Part shown: in pieces, positions 37,644-50,900 of the stretch | Layout of the letters: each line of letters starts with the position of its first letter | Position numbering within the stretch: the stretch's first letter is position 1 | DNA from: Lepidodermella squamata | Lineage: Eukaryota > Animalia > Gastrotricha | Assembly (NCBI GenBank): GCA_047495785.1 | Contig: JBLDXI010000074.1 | Location: 620,001 to 684,000, forward strand | DNA length: 64,000 nt | Direction of reading: 5' to 3' | Made by a program: the position numbers and the translations under genes | Notes under the pieces: generated by a model | Told to the model about the DNA's origin: nothing | The model's input: the letters and a program-made list of their open reading frames with translations, nothing else | Database searches by the model: none

Positions 37644-40600
37644 TCACAAGTCAGTTTCACGGCTTGAAGCCAACGGAGCCCTGGGCCCCGGTGAGTCGGT
37701 TTTAAACCTTTGAACTTGTTCAGAAATCGTCGGCACACTAGGCACGTAAGACGTGGCTGAGGGCGCCGAAAAGCTCGAACTCCTCTGGCCAGGCAAAATG
37801 GCGCCTAATAAAGGGTCAACATTAATAACAGGAGCCTGCTCAGAAACCCGTCTGGCTGGGTACTGGCCCGAAGTTCCAATCAACTTCTTCGCAACCGATT
37901 GATGCGATGGCAGCGGAATTTTCGACGATAATAGCGACGAATTTGTTGAGATTAAAGAAGATTTTCGGTCGCTTGAAGATTTGCTACTCCGGCGAGATTC
38001 AGCCGTGTTTTCCTTCTCGGCCTGAGCTTGCATAACAACTGAGGTTAGGTCGACATTTTCCGGCTTTGTAAATTGCTTCGAAACGCCCATCGAGCCAACT
38101 GATAGCGGGATGTCAGCGTAAAAACTCGGTTGAACCGATAATTGATGAATTAATTCGGCGTTTGTTTTGTCACCCTGGAATGCGGTGATCGGGTAATTTT
38201 CTTCCGAACCATCCGGGCTTGGCTTTTTCGACGTATTCCCGCCGGCTTCGGGCGATATGTACTTAGCAACCGCGTCTTCAACTGTTGCAGCGAGGCGAAA
38301 CACATCTCCAACGCCCATTTTAGCCATTTTAGCGGCTAGAGTCTCGCTAACATTCGCGAACATGACGTGTTTGTTGAGTTGGATTGCGGCTAGGAGGAGG
38401 CCACGAAAAGCTTGCAGGCCGGTAAAATCGATTCCAGTGACGAATTGGCAATCGATAAGAATGTATTTTTCCTTCACTTCCTCCAATATGGCCATTATCC
38501 GATCCAGAAATTTATCGGCACTTGGGTATCTGCAAAATGAATTTTGAAATTTTTTAAAACTCCATTTTCCTATTTAAATTTGGAATAATTTTTGCTCGCT
38601 GAAATTTCATTTTCATACGATCTTCAATCGATGAGAATTCAATAAAATTCACCAACAAATTTTACGACATAAAAAATGACAAGAATTTCTAAAAATCATT
38701 ACTTCATTCCATATGGAAGTCGAACCATCGCTACTTGCGCCTCAGTGGATCCTCCAGGAAGATTAATCGTTTTCGCTTCGACCAACATTCGCATTTTAAC
38801 AACAGGCCGAAGAAAGGTTCTGAGAATAGTCAAAATTATGGAAAAATTCAGAAGAAAACAAAACTCTTACAGCATGTTAACGAGAAGGCAAATGATAATT
38901 CCATAGGCTGAAAGAAAAAGATGTTCACCAAAAACATAATAGATGGTGTCAAATTCATACCAATGTCGTAGAATAGACAGATAAGGAAAGTAGCGATGAA
39001 AATCGCGAAATCTTGCCGATGGGTCGTCCAAAGGTGTTTCAATATTACAAATTCGATGAGATTCAAGGCCGCGCATATAATAATGGCTGATAAGGCAGCT
39101 TTTGGCACGTATTGTACAATTTCTGCGTCAAAAGAGCAATACATTTTAAGATATTAAAAAATATCAAAATGAAAAATTATGCGAGAATTTCAAAATTTCG
39201 AAAATTAACCTGTGGCTGCTCCGATAACTATCATCACAACAGTGGCTGTAATTAGACTGGCTAACATGGTTCGAACTCGGCATAAATCATTCAAGGCGCT
39301 TCGAGTAACCGCAGCCGTTACAGGGACACCTAAAATTTGAATGAATTGATAAATGCTATTTTTTTACAATTCTACCCTACCTGGCAGAAAGCCCTGGAGA
39401 AAATTTGCGATTCCAATGCAGAGCAGTTCTTGCGATGGTTTGATCCGATAGCCATTTTTACGTCCGAGAGCTTTCTCGATGGCAAAGAGTTCCAAACTGG
39501 CCATTAGGGTTATAATAACAAAACCAGGGGCCAACTCTTCCAATAACCTAAAAAATAGAAATAAAACAATATTTATAAAATATTTTCAATTTTTGGAGTA
39601 TATAAATTTTCTTAGTAATGGAATGAAAAAATAAATAAAAAATTGAATACTATTCTGAAAAATGCTGACTTACTCAATTGCTGGTTTCAAAACAGCTGGC
39701 TCCGTATCGCGGTAGAAGTACTTATCGCCAAACGGACTCAATCGATAGGCAGAACCACTCGCATTCGTCAGGTACAATTTAGGCAGCTTCATCGGCGGAA
39801 ATCCGGGTGGTATTTGCCCGACTAGGGTGATTTTAATTTCGGGCGATGTCATTCTGAGGTAGTAAGACATTGGAATCGCAACGCCGAAGAGCATCACGTT
39901 CCTCGCTGCCGAAGCCATGTGGAGAAATTCCGTTAATATTGTAATTGATAACTTCGTTTTTTCGGACAGTTTTTTCTCTTTCGTATTTTTATCAATCACC
40001 CATATCAAAACTTTCGGCATAAACTGAAAATAAAAATGATAGGAAAATGATGAAATTTTAGAGAAACAATTCACCTGCATGAAAAATAGAAATGCGATCG
40101 CTGAGCAGCCAATCAAAGCATCGTATTTACTAAAAAATTTCAAAAATGTTACAAATTAAAATTTTGAAAAATTGAAAAATTACTTCATATTATCAAAATT
40201 TTCGAAGAAAAACCTCAGCTGTCGAACAAAAACGCCAGGCGGTCGATAATATTTCCCTTTCAAGCCGACCAGAGTCTTCAGAAATTCAGAATTCGAAGGT
40301 CAGATCAACAACAAATTTCGAAAAAAATTAATCAATTTTTTGTACCGCAATTTGACTTGCTGCAATGGCAAATCCCGAAGCTGAAGTAAACCCGGCCACA
40401 ACAGGTACTGAAAATAAAGAGACCAAAAAGCCAAGCCGTAAAACGCCCATGATAATGAGTAGAACTCCAGTGAAAAGAGCTAAAATAGTCGAACACGTCG
40501 GATCGCCGGCTTCAACTAGATAATTAGGCATAACTGATGCGGTCAATTGGCCGCTGAGCATCGATAATAAGGCTGATGGTCCTATAGAAGCGTCTACAAA

Positions 40601-41078
40601 ATTTCAAACGTTATATCCACTGATTTTTCGAAAAAACAACTCAACCTTTCGCAGTTCCCATAACTACGGAATTAACAGGAAAAAATTACGAAAAATCACA
40701 GAAAATGGAAAATAATTACAAAAATAAATAATCATCCCCATAAAGCAGCTGTAGAGGCCATATTGAGGGGCAACATTTCCCAACTGAGCATAGGCTAAGC
40801 TTTGAGGCACAGCCGTGAGCCCAACCTAAAAACGAGAAAATGTAAGAAAAATCATGAAGAAATCATAAAAATGTACCGTTAGTCCAGCTATTATGTCGTA
40901 TTTGAGATCGCGCTTTACGTCATATTTAGGCAGCCATGTTATGACGGGGAAAAGTTGGAGGAAAGTCTTCTTCCAATCGATTGATCGAAATTTATCGCGA
41001 ACCCCTCTGAATAAAATGTATAAAGTGATTTTTCGTGAGGGATTTTTTGTGAGCTCACCCGCAGCAGCCATCAGCCAT
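37644..41078 (-). CDS. SLC26A11-like anion transporter with STAS domain, copy B (tandem paralog)
   Basis: Same motifs and intron positions as copy A; shared MADGCC start and APLASSRETDL end. Confidence 0.9.
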
Positions 41079-41879
41079 GGCCTGATAGCTGAAAGCTGAT
41101 TTTCAAATCTCAATATAATTTGTGCTGAAAGCTGAATTCAGTTATAAATCGGTTTTAGGTGTAGATAAGTATTAGCCACTATGAGATAAAACTGGCTCGA
41201 TGTGTGGCAAATAAATAACGAAGCCACGCCGCTTGCTTGATGTGAAAACACGCACCGCACGCTGTGATGGCATTTGCTAGTTGTATTGCGGATTTTTTTT
41301 CAGATGGAAATCGTTAAGATGGACTCTACTAGCTTTTATTAGCGCGAGTACCTTTCCTTATTTGTGACCAGTTCAGCCCATCATTAATGGAAGTATACAT
41401 GCACGCGACATGTCCTGATTATATGTGTATATATCGCCTTGTTAAAAGTGTCCCGTAAAAAAACTGGGCCGCATAACGCGCGCGCGCGCATTATAATGCA
41501 CACCTGAATGAATGTATGCGCGCACTGGGAATATTGTTATTTTTCGCGCGCGCGTACAACTTTTTACGCTATCGGTAGTTTTAGCCGCGAGTGCGTATCA
41601 CGTGAATGGCCGAGTGCGGCGAACGTGCGCAAAGTCCTCAGATGCGCGACAAACATCCGGGCGTGTCGCGTGAAATCTGGGCCAAGTATAGCCGGTGGGT
41701 CTTAATTTGAAAATATCAGATGTTGCTAATTGGTTCGATTACAGGAAATACAGACGCTACAACAGAATAAGAGATGTCTCTCGCCTCAATTCAAATCAGA
41801 AAGGTAGATCAGCAGGACTATAAAATTAATATTAATACTGAAAATTAATATCGTGAGAAAGGTGACTTCAAAGGAAATA

Positions 41880-42100
41880 GGGTACCGTCGACGAGATTGG
41901 TACCGTCAAACGGGGCACTTACACTTACACTTACACTTTGCCATTCAAAAATTGGGCGACTAAGGCGACTAAGGCACTAAGAATTTAAACGATGGCTCGG
42001 CAAAGACCTATTGAGTTGGGTATCGTTGGATAGCCTGTATAAACGGCTGTCTGAAAATGACGATTGTACCTGTTCAACTGCAATTATTCAAGCCGAAGTT
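41880..42100. mobile_element. DNA-transposon remnant related to 31728-31900
   Basis: TACCGTCAAACGGGG terminus-like sequence and the GGGTATCGTTGGATAGC motif. Confidence 0.35.
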
Positions 42101-44115
42101 GCCCAATTTTTCATGCTAAACTATAAAAGTCTGACCCAACCGAACCGAAAAGCTGCATACAAAATACCTAGTATAAGTAGAACGTTTAAAGAATTTTGGA
42201 AAATTTATGCTTTTGGCGCAATTTTGCAAACAACTGCTAAACGAAACTCGAAACAGAGATCAAAATGGTAATCGTAGGTATGCAGTTTTGGATGGCCAAA
42301 ACCAGGAAAATTAGCAAGTTATGTTATAAAGTAGCACTTCAATAAACACCCATCCTCTGAGATAAAATTAAAAGATTGGACCTAGGCTAAGTGCCTTAGA
42401 TTTATGGATACTTATGCACTTAGTTAGAATTCGAACACCGAATAGGATTGTCAACGTAAAATTAGGCGTTATCAGTAACATTTCTCATCAGGAACAAATG
42501 TACCCAAAAGGTGCCTATTTATTACTTTATGAGCCGTTTTTAGAAAAAGGAAATATCAACAGCAAACAGGGAATTAATTAATTTAGGTTGGATCAAACTG
42601 CAAGTTTACAATATACTGAACGATAATGAAAGGGCTAGTTCAAATCTTGTCCAAAACTGAAGATGTTAGGCTGGGAGATTATTTGAAATTTGTTATTGAG
42701 TATCATATCACAGTGATACGGACAGTGAAGTGAACTGGGTGAACCAGGCGTTTTATTGCACATGAGCGATACCGAAGAATATGCGCGTTTTATTCGCGCC
42801 TTTAGTTGTTTTTTCTCCTCGGGTACAGCACACTTGTTTGGTCAGCCTTCCGCTGACTCTTAATTAAATTCCCGTATTGAGATGCCAAACAGTCATTATC
42901 AACATGCTTATATCAAGGAATTAGATGTTATTACAAAACTGGGATCAACAAAAGCGTTGCCCCAGTATTCAAGTTTTTTATTCTCATACCTAACAAGCTA
43001 GTATAAGCTAGCCATTCATGCTCATGCTACGAATTAAAACATTAAACGAATTAAAAAATAGGATTGTCAAGTGGATTTGCTTCATCTTTATACCAAAAAT
43101 TAAAAATTAACACAATTATTTTTGAAATTGTAATTTTTTGGAAAAAATTAGTACAATATCATTTTTCAGGGAATTTATAATCATCAATATTTATTTTAGT
43201 CATTATCAACTTCCTGTTGTTTTCACAAGAACTACTATCAAAATGAAACTTCATTATCATTACTGCAACTGCATTATTTGGATCTCAGCCATTTTTTTCT
43301 TGATCCTGTAATGCAATATTCCGCAAATAGAAAGCAACTTTTATATAAGAAATGTATTACGCATTTTATCTTGCTATTATGTAAATTGCGCAATCGCTTA
43401 CAATGGCATATACTACGTCACTGGCTTGCCTCGAGATACACGTATTACAAGCCTTTTCATCTCATAATAGCACTCACGCTCAATTTTTGTGTCGTCATTT
43501 CACATAGGCTCACACTGTAATAACCTCGAAGTTTACATGCTTCGAGTACACGCCTCTTTTTTGCCCCGTGAAAAACACCTATGCATATAACACAACACAA
43601 GTTGGCTCGAAAAATCCTGATGCATTGTAGAACACACCGCCAAAAACGGGAAAAATTTACATTTTTTCACGAAAAAAACACGCAGCCAAACCACTAGTTT
43701 TATTTTTGACTCTATCGAGTAACCTGAGAGAATAATCTTTAAGCCTGCTAGAATTTATCCAATAATTATTATAATAGGCTATAAATATTCTATAGCCTAC
43801 AAAATAATCGTGCGTATTACGCAGTATTTACAATTTTTGAGCCAAAAAAAGCGCTCGCATCGATTGATAGAACGGCTAGAGGGAGTGGATGCGAATAATA
43901 CTAACACTATAGAAAAGTCTGCGTATTTTACGGCGCATATAGCCACTCTCAATATAAAAAATACCGACCGTTGATTATAGGCGCATAAGTTCATTCAGGC
44001 GTGAATTCATGCTATACAAAGCGCCAGATTTTTGTATCGCTACACTCACTTCGCTTTTTTCGTGACCCTTAAAAATTGTGTTTTACTTATTATAGAATTT
44101 TTTATACAATATAAA

Positions 44116-44319
44116 ATGGACAAGAAGCAGGAGTCAGCCTCGAAATCTCAAGAATCAACAGCATCGAACCAGCAAAATGCAACCTCAAACTCCGGCGAAA
44201 GTCACACTGAAGTCATTGATCGCGCCTTGGCGAGCTATTTCGAAAACCAGAAACAGTCACACCGCGAAAAACTGGCTCATTACGACAACGACAGCTCGAA
44301 TACGGTGAAAGCACACTGA
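44116..44319 (+). CDS. Candidate 67-aa orphan protein (S/Q/N-rich N-half, helical C-half)
   Basis: AAAATGG start context, upstream acceptor TTATTATAG, GC-richer than flanks, AATAAA at ~44572; no family recognised. Confidence 0.5.
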   Translation: MDKKQESASKSQESTASNQQNATSNSGESHTEVIDRALASYFENQKQSHREKLAHYDNDSSNTVKAH

Positions 44320-44933
44320 ACAATCGTTGTCAAAAATTTATATTTTATACCGCCGCGAAACGCAAAAATGCAAACTTTTATTAACTGATTATATGGATAC
44401 CGCCACACTCCTTGTTTCTTTCTGAAGTGGACTATGAATCAGTTTTTACTGCATCAGTTTTGCTTCTACCGTAACTTTTTAGAAATTTTTATGGTAGATG
44501 AAGCTCTCTTAGTCCCGGTTCGCATTTTCTCGTGTTTTTTCGTGTCAGCGATATTATATCGTTTTGTTTTTAATAAAATCAAATAAATTTTTGCAAAACA
44601 AAGACCCTTTTGCTTCGAAAATTGAATCACGAATTCAATTGAGTAATTAAATAATTTTATCATTTCACGGATGGGAGGTCAAGACGTATCATCTGAAAAA
44701 TAATTCGAAATGGGAAAAATCCTCGGATTAAACAAAACCGAGCAAGCCAAGGCCTACTTCAATTTCCTTTTCAATATTTTCGATATTGTAAAATTTCAGA
44801 GGCAGAGAAAAACCCTTTACTTCCACCAAAAATAGGACTCAAAAATTAACAAAAATTGCTACGCTTAGAAATATCACCAATTTTATTATAAATCCCGATA
44901 ATTCAGATAAAAAACGAGTTCTAGTTGAAAGAA

Positions 44934-47900
44934 TTAGACGTAACTTTGCCAGCCACTGTACGCCAAAGCCAATAACGATCGATTAGCAGCCATTTGGATA
45001 AGCTCAGCAACCAGATTTTCAGGCATTGTCACCTGATTCAGAGCTAAATTGTTTGTTTTAATTTCCGAGCTCGATCCATCATCCTCATTGGATAACGCAG
45101 TATCCACCGGCAATGTTGCAAAAGCCGTGCTGGGCATAAAACTCTGCAGAGTTTGCGGCTCCATTTTCACGTCAGAAGGTCCAATATTCCCGAAACTATC
45201 ACCAGATTGACTAGATACTGGTCTTTCAGCACCATTTTCTGAACTTTTACCCACCATGCAGGCTAGCAAAAATCGCTGCCAGATCGCATTTCCAGATAAT
45301 TTAACCTGGGCTCCATTCATTTCGACAGGAATCGAAACCACCGATAATTTGTTATTACATGCCAATAAATGATTGAAAATCGAAATCGGAGACGAACGAA
45401 GTCGTGAATTTATTCCGATTTCAACCGAATTTTCACGCCTATTTTGACGTTGATGGAGAGAAATCGCCGCATCTAAACTGCTGCTACCCGTTGAAACGAA
45501 GTTTTTGACCACTCGAGTCATTTGTCTAGCGAAACGACCCTGTTCGCATGGCCAAATCAGAGTTCTGAGACTGGAAGTTAGTCGGAATGGGACCAGCTCA
45601 GGTACGGCTAGCTGGCTAGTCGCTGATCCGTAGGCATAACCGAAGTCAACTCCGACGAAAATGGGCGATTTCGAAGCTCGAGGCGGGACAATTAAAACAT
45701 TTTTAAGGTGGCGATCGCCGATTCCAAGTAAATAGTGGCAAATCGAGGACACAGCGTAGGAATCGACTAGCTGAAGCCTGTTCTTATGCGACTCATTAGC
45801 ATCAGCTGAAAAGTTCAAAAGCGACTTCCTCAAGCAATCTACATCGATTTGCTCACGTGTAACTTGCATTGTCGCTAATTGATCAGGACTAGCTAGCGCA
45901 GCTAAATTCGTATAATCCGACAAATTCAAGGGTTGATTTTGGCCAGACTTCGAATTTCCAGTCAATTTATACAGTAGCTCGACCGCTAAACGATCGGCCC
46001 GACCTCGAAACTTTAATTTTTGGGATTCAGTCATAGAACTCGGGTAGACGAAATCGCTAATTGGCTGAGATCCATCGATCCACTCCAAAATTCCCAATTC
46101 ATGCGTCAAAGGGCAGACTGAAAACGAGGACATGGCAAGTAAACAGCCCAATTGATGGCAATTTTGGTCGACTGATTTAGTCAATAAAGCCGCCATGGTT
46201 CGCAACATCAGCTCAATATGCTGGTCTTGACCCAAGTTATCGCCGCTTTTGCATAACAACCGAGCCAATTTTCCGTTGCTCAACCTCAATTCGATGCGAA
46301 CTGGCCTTCGCAGTGATTGGAGGACTACAGCTTCATTCGAAAAACCAACGACAGTGACGTCACAAGGCAACCACGGCAAATTGAACGAATCGTTTGTGAA
46401 TTTCGAAAACCAATCAAGCGAATCCAACTTGAAATTACCGGGTGTAAAAGTCGAATTAGATAACGAGGATAAGCCATTTTCAATAAAATCACAGGTCGAT
46501 TTAGCTCCATTATTTTTCAAATCAGACCAAAGTTCACGAGCAAAAATCGATTCGGGGTTAGAATGATTGAAATTATGAATGGAATATGCCGCTTGATTTG
46601 GAAATATTTCGCAATATTTGCGTATTGCGAGCGACAAAACCTCCGAAAAATGCGAATTTTCGGACGCAGAAGCCAGCGACAGCATTAAAGGCAACCATGG
46701 ACCGACTATATCAGGCTGTTTTCGGGTCGATTCGACAAAATTTACAAAAGCTGAGCAGAAATTGTCGAAAGAATCGGGCGATTCGAGCTTATTCAAGGCA
46801 TCGAAAAGTGGAGGCAAATATAGGCAGGTGTTGTCAAGGCCTAATTTCCGAACCTGGTTAGTCAAAGCCCTCAAATACAGCAAAATCACTCTTTCAAACT
46901 CAATTTCGTTGAAATCGTGTTTCACAGCGAAATTAAGGAGTAAACTAGCCGAATTTAGCTCGGACTCACCTTCACTGGTCAGAAGGCAATTTTCCAGGAA
47001 ATCGAACGAATTTTCCGAATTAGTCACGGCTGAAATGGAATTCAAAGCCTTCTCGCGATCATTTTCGTCGCTTATCAATTCAGCGCATTCGAAGCATCGG
47101 GCTATCAACCGGAAATAATCACTTTTCAACGAACTTCTGGCTTGATCGAGGGCTATACGTCTCTTCGCGAGTTCTCCAGCAACTTTCGGCAATAATTCGG
47201 CTAATTTTGACGGGGTTGCTAACAATGATTCGACTCGAAGAGGGGCCAAATGAGTTTCAGCGTAAGCCAAGGTAAATTTCAGCCCAGACAATGGGTCCTG
47301 TTTGAAAGTTCGACCGAATTTCCGATAGCAATTTTCTAGACTCGAAAGAGCGGAGCTAAAAGCATTCTGACTGGTCAACGCTCGAATTCGTGTAATTTTC
47401 ACTTGAAATAAATCTTCGTTCAAATCGGATGAAAATGCCTCTTGAAAACAATCAAGCAAATTCCATGAGGTTAGGTCAGCATTTTGACTCAATTTCAAAA
47501 CTTTCCGCTGCGAGTTGATGAAACAAATTAACTTCATTTGATCGATAGTCGAATTATTCGATGTTAAATCGCTACCGAGCAGCAAATATTTTGATGCACT
47601 TGATAGCAACGACGAAGCTCGATTTTTAAGATGAATCAACTGGTAACAAGCCGCGAGTGGAATCGCGCATTTCGCGACATCAACACCGCCGCTTTGTTTG
47701 AACAACGTGAACAATTCGTCGAGATTTTTCGATGAAGCTTCGTCCTCTGATTCGACGCCTTCGAGAAGAACTAAGCATTTTGCGAGGACTAGTTGGGAAA
47801 TTGCCTCGCTTCGAAGGCTTGATGACGTCGAGAGCTGAAACTGTTGACCTGCCGTTGCGCTGGTCGAGTTCATAGTCTGCGCTTGATGATACGAATAGGA

Positions 47901-50900
47901 ATTGGCCAATTCTTCGGCGACCGTAGCCAACTGCTTCCAACTACCAAGGCGGGCCTAAAAAATAACAAAATATTTTTCCAATTTCATGTCATCAAATTTG
48001 GAAAAATTTGAAATAAAATTGAATTAATTTTGAATTAATTTGAATTCAATTTTTTAACTGTTGAAATATTGGACTAGTGTGAGGATTGATTGAAATGTCG
48101 TGTCAACGGAGATGTGGCCCTTTCCTTGCCCCGGCGAAGATTTAGAGCTAGTTCGCGCCTTTTTTCCGAAATCGCGCAAATCCCGAGCTCAGCAACCCGT
48201 TTACTTTGAATTCCGATCAGCAAAATATTGATACTGCGGCGTGTTCGGATATGGAGGTCACTGTTAATGCTACCTCGGAGTAACTCGGTCGAGCTTAAAA
48301 TCGCCGAGGTGCTCGGATTCGTTCTTTCATCAACAGGTTTCAAGCAATGCCTGGTCCGAGATTTCGACTTCGTTCAGAATGTCAACGTTTTCACCAAATT
48401 CACCAAGGTTCACCAAATGTCTGAGTCTGACTACGTAGGTCTAAACATTTCGAAAACAACGAAGTCGGTTCTTTCCGATCCATTATCTCGGCACCTGCTT
48501 CGAACCTACTCACTGCGGTCTTTCTCATCGCGACTTGACAGTTACCATGTTATTCTCATAGATTGGCAGCGATATTTCAGAGCCGTTCAATGCGACAGCT
48601 GGCGTGAAGAAAGGTGATCCTCTGTCACCTTAGCTATTCTGCATTTTTATTGACAATTTGGAAGACGACCAGAACATCACGACTGAAATCAATAAGTACC
48701 GAGGGCATGAGTCAGCCCTAAAATTTTTGTTCCATGAAGGTCCCCGAGCTCTAATCTTAAAAATGGCAGCAAGCAATTGCTGTCCCCTAAACTTGTCGCG
48801 GGTCTTGCTAAAAAATTTCAACATGGCTTATAATTTCATTTCTTGTTTGAATAGGTTGCCTTTACGGCTGCTGCGCCCGGCGCCTATCACTTGATACCGC
48901 AATATCGCGATCGCCGGGGAAAGCGACGTAGAACTTGGACGACTCATGAACAGTACTGCCGACCCCCGTCGACAACCTAACGCCCATTATCGTGCGTTTT
49001 CCAACTCGCACGAAGCTGCCCGAAGCTGCCGATGGCCCGGCGTACCACACGCGGGGGGCGGCTAGACGCCTCTAACGAATTGAGAATTGAGAATTGAGAA
49101 TTGATATCTTCTAATTGTTCTCCCGTAGCGAAGAAGCTACTGCCTAAACACCTGACGAGGTGGAGACCTCAGGCGCGAATGGCAAACGGAGCCATCATCA
49201 TTGAACTAATCGAGGACGCTCGAAGATCAAAGGAGAGAATCCTGACCGAGACCAAGTACTGGAAAGCGGATCTGAGAGCAAGTCCCGTCAAGACTGGGCG
49301 CATGCGAGATGTGGCAGACATCCTCGCGGAAGAGAAGAGAACGCTTGAAGTACAGGGCCTTCTTCTGAAGAAGCTAAATAAAACTATTTTAAAACCACAT
49401 TGCGAATCAATTGTTGAGAGTATTAAGTCCTCTCACGACAGGCGGTTAACGTCGCGACTGTCTCTTGCGAGACGTTCCTTCACACAGATACTCCGGCAAA
49501 TTTCTAGAGGCTGCCTTTCAACACCATTTCAAGGGCGGAAGGTTGAACTTTCATTCGAAATCAGATGAAAAGCGTCTTTTTTAGAAAACTTTTCACAATG
49601 AAACCGCCTCGTTGAAGAGCAAATATTTTCAGTTGGTTTCTTCTATTCAAGTTTCGAAGCCTATTGAGGTCATTTCCGCTTGTCATATTAAATCACCGCA
49701 TTTTACAGAGCGTTTAAGGACCAACCCATGATAGCGCATCTTAGCGCGAAAATTAATGCGATATTCGAAATCTACGCATCATGTTAGCTTATAATTTGAA
49801 GTTATTTGAAGTTATTTGAAGTTTATTTAAGTTTATTTAAGTTTATTTATTTATATATTTATTGAAGTTTCAAGCTAGCCGATATTTTTCCAAGTTTCCA
49901 GACGAAGTTTCGGTATTACTTCATACATACCCTGTACTGTTCCCTATATTAATATTATCTCACTAATAAACTAATAATAGGTCAAGTACTGTAAAAATAC
50001 GTCAACTTTTTGCAACTAACCTTATTTTCGATTTGTGTCCAATGCCCAAGAACAATCGGCCCCTTATCGGCCATGTTAAACCAGGCACAAAATGGGGTGT
50101 GCCTTTAGGCGAAACCGATAAATAACTCGACATAAATATAGCCAATTATGACAAGAAAGACAATAATGAAAAGTTTCCGAGCTCTTCAGTCAGCGAATTT
50201 TGAAACGCGGAAACCTGCCAATATTACGCTGAAGGCACAAAACGTTCCGGCCCTGCCCACGCAATCAGGGTTCAGTTGAGGTTCAGTGCCCTCGATCTGC
50301 CTACATGCATTACTCGCTTGCTCTGTCGATAATACTACACAAATAACGAAATCAACTCACCAGGCAGGACATTTGGCCAGATAGCAGCAGTTCACTCTGC
50401 CATGCGCTGCCTAGGTCTTCTTGATCAGAGAATAGCGTTGAGGCTGCGGCTGAAAACGGCGAGTCTGATCGACCAGCCGGGGCTAGGCCACTGGCAGCTG
50501 ATTCGTAAGACGCGCAGGCTAACAGCCACGAATTCGCCGCTTCTTCTTGCAGCGCTTTCAGTAGTATTTCAGAAGAGTCGGAGTGAAGTGACCACGATTC
50601 GATTACAAACTTGGCCAGACCTAAAGACAGGTAAAATTATGTATTACAGATCACAGATAAAACTGAACTAATTACTATCCCGTTACCAAATATTCACGAA
50701 GTATAGTGTCTACTATACAAGCACTATACAGCGACAAGCAAATTTTCGGGTTTCAACCAGATCGAAAATTCAAGACAGGTCACGAAAAATCGGAACAGAC
50801 TCCAGCGATTAGCAAAATAATATAACTCCCCGTCTCTGAAGAGGGCTTACTACAAATCCCGCGACCAAGTGACAAAAGAGACGAATCGGTGGGTATGCAA

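Noticed and set aside
47941-47954. Premature stop or pseudogene status for PRKDC
   Set aside because: Resolved by the 50620-50361 exon
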